Assembly: GCA_963788655.1 (NCBI GenBank)
Contig: CAWBHS010000032.1
Span: 1-13,534 of the forward strand
DNA: 13,534 bases
Source of the DNA: an uncultured Verrucomicrobiae bacterium
GTDB lineage: Bacteria > Verrucomicrobiota > Verrucomicrobiia > Limisphaerales > JAFGQR01
Reading direction: 5' to 3'
Shown: piece after piece, positions 8,328-13,534 of the stretch
Layout of the letters: each line of letters opens with the position of its first letter
Position numbering within the stretch: position 1 is the stretch's first letter
Translations under genes and position numbers: made by a program
The notes under the pieces: model-generated
The model's input: the letters and a program-made list of their open reading frames with translations, nothing else
What the model was told of the DNA's origin: nothing
Database searches by the model: none

Positions 8328-9809
8328 ATGAAACAGACATCGCTCTTCAGCCTTCTCGCAGTGGCGGCGTTTACTGGCCTTGTTTCCGGGGCCGGCGCCG
8401 CTGATACCCAACCGCCCACCCCGTACGGCCCGGTGCCCACCGCGCGCCAACTGCGCTGGCACGAGATGGAGTTTTACGGCTTCCTGCACTTCACAGTGAA
8501 CACGTTCACAGACAAGGAATGGGGTTACGGTGACGAAGACGAAAAGGTGTTCAATCCGACGGATTTCGATGCCGACCAAATCGTGCGCACGGCCAAGGAA
8601 GCGGGCATGAAAGGGCTCATTCTAACGTGCAAACACCACGACGGCTTCTGCCTCTGGCCCAGCCAATACACCGAACATTGTGTGAAGAACTCGCCGTGGA
8701 AAGACGGCAAAGGCGACGTGGTGAAGGAGATTTCCGAGGCTTGCCGCCGGGCCGGGCTGAAGTTCGGCGTCTATCTATCGCCCTGGGACCGCAATCACAA
8801 AGACTACGGCCGGCCTGCCTACATCACGTACTACCGCAATCAACTCCGCGAACTGCTCACCCATTACGGCGACATCTTCACTGTCTGGCTGGACGGCGCC
8901 AACGGTGGCGACGGCTATTATGGAGGCGCTCGCGAAATGCGGCGGATTGACAACAAGGTCTATTACGACTGGAAAAACACCTGGCAGATTGTGCGCGACC
9001 TGATGCCAATGGCGGTCATGTTTAGCGATGTGGGCCCGGACTTTCGTTGGGTGGGCAACGAACGGGGAATTGCCGGCGAAACCTGCTGGGCTACGATCAG
9101 CCCCGGTGACGGTGTGCCAGGTAACACGCGCGCCAACTTGAACCAGGGCGAGCGGCCAGGGACGAATTGGATTCCGCCGGAGTGCGATGTCTCCATTCGG
9201 CCCGGCTGGTTTTACCACGCCAGCCAGGATAACGCTGTGAAAACTCCCGCCCAGTTGCTCGACATCTACTACAAAAGTGTCGGTCGCGGCGCCTGTTTGA
9301 ATCTGAACCTGCCCCCGGATCGGCGGGGCCAGATCCACGACAATGACATCAAGTCATTGCGCGAGTTCCGCCGGCTGCTGGACGCCACGTTTGCAGCGGA
9401 CCTGGCCAAGGGAGCCAAGCTCACCGCCAGCAATACGCGCGGCAACGGGGCCAGACAATTCGCGCCGGAAAACGTGCTCGATGGCAATCGCTACACGTAT
9501 TGGGCCACCGACGACAACGTGACCACGCCGGAATTAGTCTTGGACCTGGGCCAGGCCAAAACGTTTAATGTGGTCAGTCTGCGCGAAGCGTTGCCGCTGG
9601 GCCAGCGCGTCGAGGCCGTTGCGTTGGATGCCTGGAAGGAGGGCCGCTGGCAGGAATTCGCCAAAGCTATCAGCATTGGCAATCGCCGGTTGCTCCGTGG
9701 CAAGGCAGTCACCACGGACAAAGTCCGACTGCGCATCACCCAGGCGCCGGTCTGCCCGGCAATTTCGGAAGTTGCCCTTTACGCCGAGCCTGAGGCGAAG
9801 TCCAGGTAA
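8328..9809 (+). CDS. Alpha-L-fucosidase, GH29 (GH29B-like) with C-terminal F5/8 type C (CBM32-like) domain
   Basis: Signal peptide; FLHFTVNTF, FNPTDFDADQ, LTCKHHDGFCLWPS, GVYLSPWD, WLDGA (nucleophile Asp), RWVGNE, ECDVSIRPGWFYH (acid/base Glu), YYKSVGRG. C-terminal VLDGN...YW...LRE...GQRV...IGNRR discoidin-like domain. Intact 493 aa ORF. Confidence 0.95.
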   Translation: MKQTSLFSLLAVAAFTGLVSGAGAADTQPPTPYGPVPTARQLRWHEMEFYGFLHFTVNTFTDKEWGYGDEDEKVFNPTDFDADQIVRTAKEAGMKGLILTCKHHDGFCLWPSQYTEHCVKNSPWKDGKGDVVKEISEACRRAGLKFGVYLSPWDRNHKDYGRPAYITYYRNQLRELLTHYGDIFTVWLDGANGGDGYYGGAREMRRIDNKVYYDWKNTWQIVRDLMPMAVMFSDVGPDFRWVGNERGIAGETCWATISPGDGVPGNTRANLNQGERPGTNWIPPECDVSIRPGWFYHASQDNAVKTPAQLLDIYYKSVGRGACLNLNLPPDRRGQIHDNDIKSLREFRRLLDATFAADLAKGAKLTASNTRGNGARQFAPENVLDGNRYTYWATDDNVTTPELVLDLGQAKTFNVVSLREALPLGQRVEAVALDAWKEGRWQEFAKAISIGNRRLLRGKAVTTDKVRLRITQAPVCPAISEVALYAEPEAKSR

Positions 9810-9832
9810 CTGGCGGATAATCCCGGCCAAAC

Positions 9833-12066
9833 TTATTTCTTTATTTCGATCAGAGGCGCGGTGTTGGTGAGGACCAGCGTCGGCGGTTTGTAGGCCGGAG
9901 CATTGGTGCCCAGCACGTGCAGGCTTCGAGCTTTGGTTGGCAGGAGTCGATCCAGCTTGCCCTCGTACCAAAGCGCCCCCAGTGCCACCAGAATGAGCAA
10001 GGCCAAAATCCACGGCCAGCGGCGCTTCTTCTCCGGATACGGATCATCAAAGGAGCGCTGCGATCCCGGCGGCAGCTTGGGAATGTCAGTCAGGACCTTG
10101 CCAAAGGGCACGTTGATTTTGGCGCGGCCATTGATGGCCCAACCGTTGGCATCGAGAATGGGACCCACATTGCGCAGGCGTAATTTCAGATAGGCTAACA
10201 CCATCGAGGGCACCGAGATCAAGAGAATCAAACCCACGATCGCCAGCGGCATCCACAATCCCAAATCGACGAATTTGGCCAACAGCAAGGCCACGAAGGT
10301 GCCGATGCTGCCCAAGGCCACGCCGATGGCGGCCACGGTGCCCACGTCCATTTTCTTGGGCGCGGCGGGTGGTGGGGCGGCCTTGGTTTTGTCCGCCTGA
10401 GCCACCGACTCCGCAGTCGAGGTCAATTTCGCCGTCGAAGCCGCGTCCGCGGCGGCGGCCCGCTTGGCGACCATCGCTTCAATGGCCCGCACAAATTTTT
10501 TATAGGGCAGCCAGAACGCTTCCCGCAGGCTGATTGGATTGGCCACCGCTTTGGTAATGGTAGCATCCCAGTCGCGCCCTTTACGGTCGTAAAAGATGCC
10601 GTTGCGTCCCACCATTAAGTAATCGCTGTCGCCGTTGGTGAACGCCGCGACAATGGTCATCTTTTCTCCGCCGGGCCGGGTGCAGTCACAATACGCCAAG
10701 TAGGCTTGCGACAAGCCGGCTAACAAGGCGTGTTTAGCCGGATCGGTCACATGCACGCACAGCTTGCAACTCCGCCCGTCCAGGTAAAGGGTGCCCGCTT
10801 GAAAGATTGCGCCCTTGCGCCCGTAGAAGTCAGCGAAGTTAACGAAGTTGTCCAGGAGTTTGAGAAAGTCGCGCTGCAAGAGGACGAGCTTTTCGACCGC
10901 CAGGATCTGGGCATACTCCGGTTCGAGCGCGGCATCCTGCTGAAGGAGTGCCGCCAGGTTTTGTTTGGCTTGACTGGCCAGCAATTCCCGCACGCGGGCC
11001 AGTCCCAGTTTTTCCACGCTGCCGGCAGGTTTGCCGGCCAACCAGGCTTCATAGGGCGCCAATTTGGATTGCACCGCCGCCCAATCATTTTCCGTCAGGC
11101 TGGTTTGGCCATCGCCGAGCAGGGGCTTTAACGCTTTGCTCACCAGCGCGGAAACCGCGTTCGCCCAAGCGGGATTAAGGCCCTCGTCCAGGGGCAACGG
11201 GCGCTTTGGTTCGACGCGGGCCAGCGGAAAACCGGCCAGTTCCTGCGCCGAAATCGTCATGTCTTGCGCTGCCACGGCCAGGTATTCGGCCTCTTGACGG
11301 TTCACCGCCGCCAGGGCGCGCTCATCAAAGGCCGCCAGGCGACTGCGGGCAAAATAATCGTCCACCTTGGCCTTCACCGTTTTGACGGCGGCGGCCGCGG
11401 CCGCGGTGGCTTCAGGTCCCAGCGGGAAGATGGTCGAGTCGGTTTCTGCGTGGGCCTGCCAGTCGGCATAGGCTTTGGCTTCGGCAAAGAATTGATCGAG
11501 ACCGGCCAGGTTGATGCCGGGTTTGCCACTGCGGTCAGCCACGCTGCCCAGGGCCGTAATGATGTCAACGATGGCCTGTTGGTCGGCGGCTTCACTGGCG
11601 GCATCAGCGGGTATGATGCCGTCACCATTCAACGTCGTGTTCGCAAAGATGGTTTTGGTGTCCGCGACATCGGCCAAGCTGATGGCCGGCGCTTCACTTT
11701 TCCCGAGGCCATGGAGAATGCGCCGGGCTCCCGCCAGCAACGCGACTCCGGCCGGCGTCTGCTCATTGATTCCCGCCAGCGGCACGGAATCTCCGCGCTT
11801 CAGGACATCATCCGGATTTTTGTAAACGTCGCTGATCCAGCGGACCGCTCCGAGAATTTCCGGGGCGCGAATTCGTCCATCCTTGTCGGTGTCCAGGTGG
11901 TCGAGGGTTTTGGGATCGAACTCGATGCCGCGCGTGGGCATGGCCAAAGCCACCCACAGTTTTTGATCCAGTTGATCCAAATGCAGGATATCCCGGCCAT
12001 TGGTGAAGGCGCTTGTTCCACGCCGCCGGAGCGAAAGAACCTCCAAGTGTGTTGGGTGGTGTCCAT
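9833..12066 (-). CDS. Conserved hypothetical membrane protein with N-terminal EF-hand-like loop and 3 predicted TM segments; one frameshift near 12012
   Basis: The true start is probably MDTTQHTWRFFRSGGVEQ (ATG 12066). Adding one base at caag|cgccttc joins it to AFTNGRDILHLDQLDQKLWVAL of ORF 9833..12046. EF loop DTDKDGRIRAPE; hydrophobic segments GTVAAIGVALGSIGTFVALLLAKF, LGLWMPLAIVGLILLISVPSMVLAYL and WPWILALLILVALGALWY. Confidence 0.85.
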
Positions 12067-12109
12067 AATTTCTATTGGTTGTTTTGAACTTCTTTTTTGT
12101 TGGGCGGGA

Positions 12110-12137
12110 CTATTAGCAACCGTTGCCAAAATGTCAA
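12110..12137 (-). promoter_or_regulatory. Sigma70-type promoter of the EF-hand membrane protein gene
   Basis: Minus strand: TTGACA (12137-12132), 16-nt spacer ending TGc, TAATAG (12115-12110), then an A-rich unstructured leader without SD before ATG 12066. Confidence 0.55.
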
Positions 12138-12216
12138 AGGGGAGATTTCCGCATTCTCCATGCTGTCCGGATTGCCGGCTGGACGCTCGGGAGCGCCTCA
12201 GGCACCATTCCGGCTT

Positions 12217-13426
12217 ATGAAATCAGTTTCTTCCGCCTTGGGCCGGTGTGGGCCGGTAATCCTGCTGCTTCAATTTGGCTGGCTGGCCTTCGGCGCTGGC
12301 GTCGAAGAGGGCTTGCGTCCGCTATTCGACGGCAAATCACTGGCCGGCTGGGTGAACGTGAATTGCGCCCCGGAAACCTGGACGGTACGTGACGGCCTGC
12401 TGCACTGCGATGGGGTGCCCACGGGCGCGTTGCGCACTGAGCAGCCTTACGAGAATTTCATCCTGGAACTGGAATGGCGCCACCTGAAGACCGGCGGTAA
12501 TGCCGGGGTCTTTATCTCGGCCAGCCCGCTGAACAGCCCAAGGCCAGCCGTTTCTTCGGGCCATCGAAGTGCAGGTGCTCGATCACGCTTACGGCACCTC
12601 GGACTGGTTCACCACCCACGGCGATGTTTTTGCCATCCACGGTTCGACGATGAAACCATTTCCTCCCAGCCGCGGCATGCGAAGTTTCCCCACCGAGCAT
12701 CGGAGCAAAGGCTCGCCGGAATGGAATCATTATCGCGTCGTTTGCACCAATGGGGTCATCCGGTTGTCGGTGAACGGCAAGGAAGTGTCCGGTGGCAGCG
12801 ACTGCGTTTGGCGCCGGGGCTACCTCGGACTCGAAAGCGAAGGAGGCATCGTGGACTGGCGCAATATCCGCCTTCAGGAACTGCCGCCTTCCGGTGCGTC
12901 TTCGGAGCAGTCGGCCCCGGTCGCGGAAGCCTGGCGTTCGCTGTATGACGGGCGGAGCCTGCGCGGTTGGCAGGCGTCGGCGGCCGAGGCGGACGGCTGG
13001 AAAGTCGCCGATTGGACGCTGCGCTGGGAGGCGCCGCAGGGAAGCCACTCCGTGCTTTGGGCCGGCGAAACGTGGGGCGATTTTGAACTGCAAGCCGACT
13101 GGAATTGGGCCGGTGAAGTGCAGTCGAAAATCCCGCCGTTTGTGCTGCGGACGGTCGAAGACTCGCCGCGCGATACGGAATTGCCCACCTCTGACCTGGC
13201 CATGGTCAAAGGATGGAACCGCCTTCGATTGACGCGCCGTGGCACCGCCTTGAAGATAAGCATCAACGGCCAGTCAGCCGATCCCATGCGAGTGTTCAAC
13301 GGCAAGTTGAGATTGGGACTGAAGGGCGACGATGGGCCCACGCGTTTTGCCAATTTGTTTGTGCAATATGACATGGTGACCAATTCCCCTGGAACCCTGC
13401 TGAAGACCTTACGAGGGGAGGATTGA
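12217..13426 (+). CDS. Secreted two-domain DUF1080 (3-keto-glycoside hydrolase/hydratase family) protein; one frameshift near 12530-12541
   Basis: Signal-like N-terminus from ATG 12217, then PLFDGKSLAGW, WTVRDG, YENFILELEW and GNAGVFI. After a frame change: GQPFLRAIEVQVLD, EWNHYRV, VNGKEV, GYLGLESEG, WRNIRL. A second repeat reads SLYDGRSLRGW...WGDFELQADW...GWNRL...INGQ...LGL...FANL. Confidence 0.9.
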
Positions 13427-13534
13427 CTTTGAAGTGGCGGTGTCTGTTCGGTTCGATGAAGGCGAGACAGTGCGCCGAAGCGCGTTGAATTTGTTGTGCC
13501 GGCAGGGATAATGCCTCTCCATTCGCGCACCGTC

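Noticed and set aside
9810..9832. Bidirectional terminator between the convergent GH29 and membrane protein genes
   Set aside because: Only a weak, bulged hairpin (tggcggataatcccggcca) is present; not enough to call.
3043..13426. Complete oxidation-elimination-hydration glycoside pathway cluster
   Set aside because: The Gfo/Idh/MocA and DUF1080 genes are ~8 kb apart in separate units, no sugar-phosphate-isomerase-like TIM-barrel lyase is present, and both families are highly expanded in PVC genomes.

Overview
GC-rich bacterial DNA whose gene content and style suggest Verrucomicrobia/PVC (inference). The window holds: (1) the 3' part of a large TolB/PD40-type beta-propeller repeat protein with Ca-binding DxDxDG repeats and an FYRV-ending C-terminal domain, broken by many frameshifts; (2) an inverted REP pair; (3) a Tat-exported Gfo/Idh/MocA oxidoreductase; (4) a ~550 bp intergenic region; (5) a YfcE/MJ0936-type metallophosphoesterase; (6) a six-hairpin GH65/GH95-like glycosidase; (7) an internally deleted rhuM-like remnant; (8) an intact GH29 alpha-L-fucosidase; (9) an EF-hand-bearing membrane protein of unknown function; (10) a two-domain DUF1080 protein. 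Most long genes carry small indels that look like long-read errors. The most striking unexplained element is a candidate ~82-nt minus-strand small RNA (4782->4701). It has its own TTGACA promoter, a 16-bp closing stem whose four G-U pairs work only on the minus strand, a U7 tail, and an exposed copy of the 16S anti-Shine-Dalgarno (CACCUCCUU). It lies antisense to a perfect SD plus a 44-codon ORF, in a region where the protein genes appear leaderless or SD-less.
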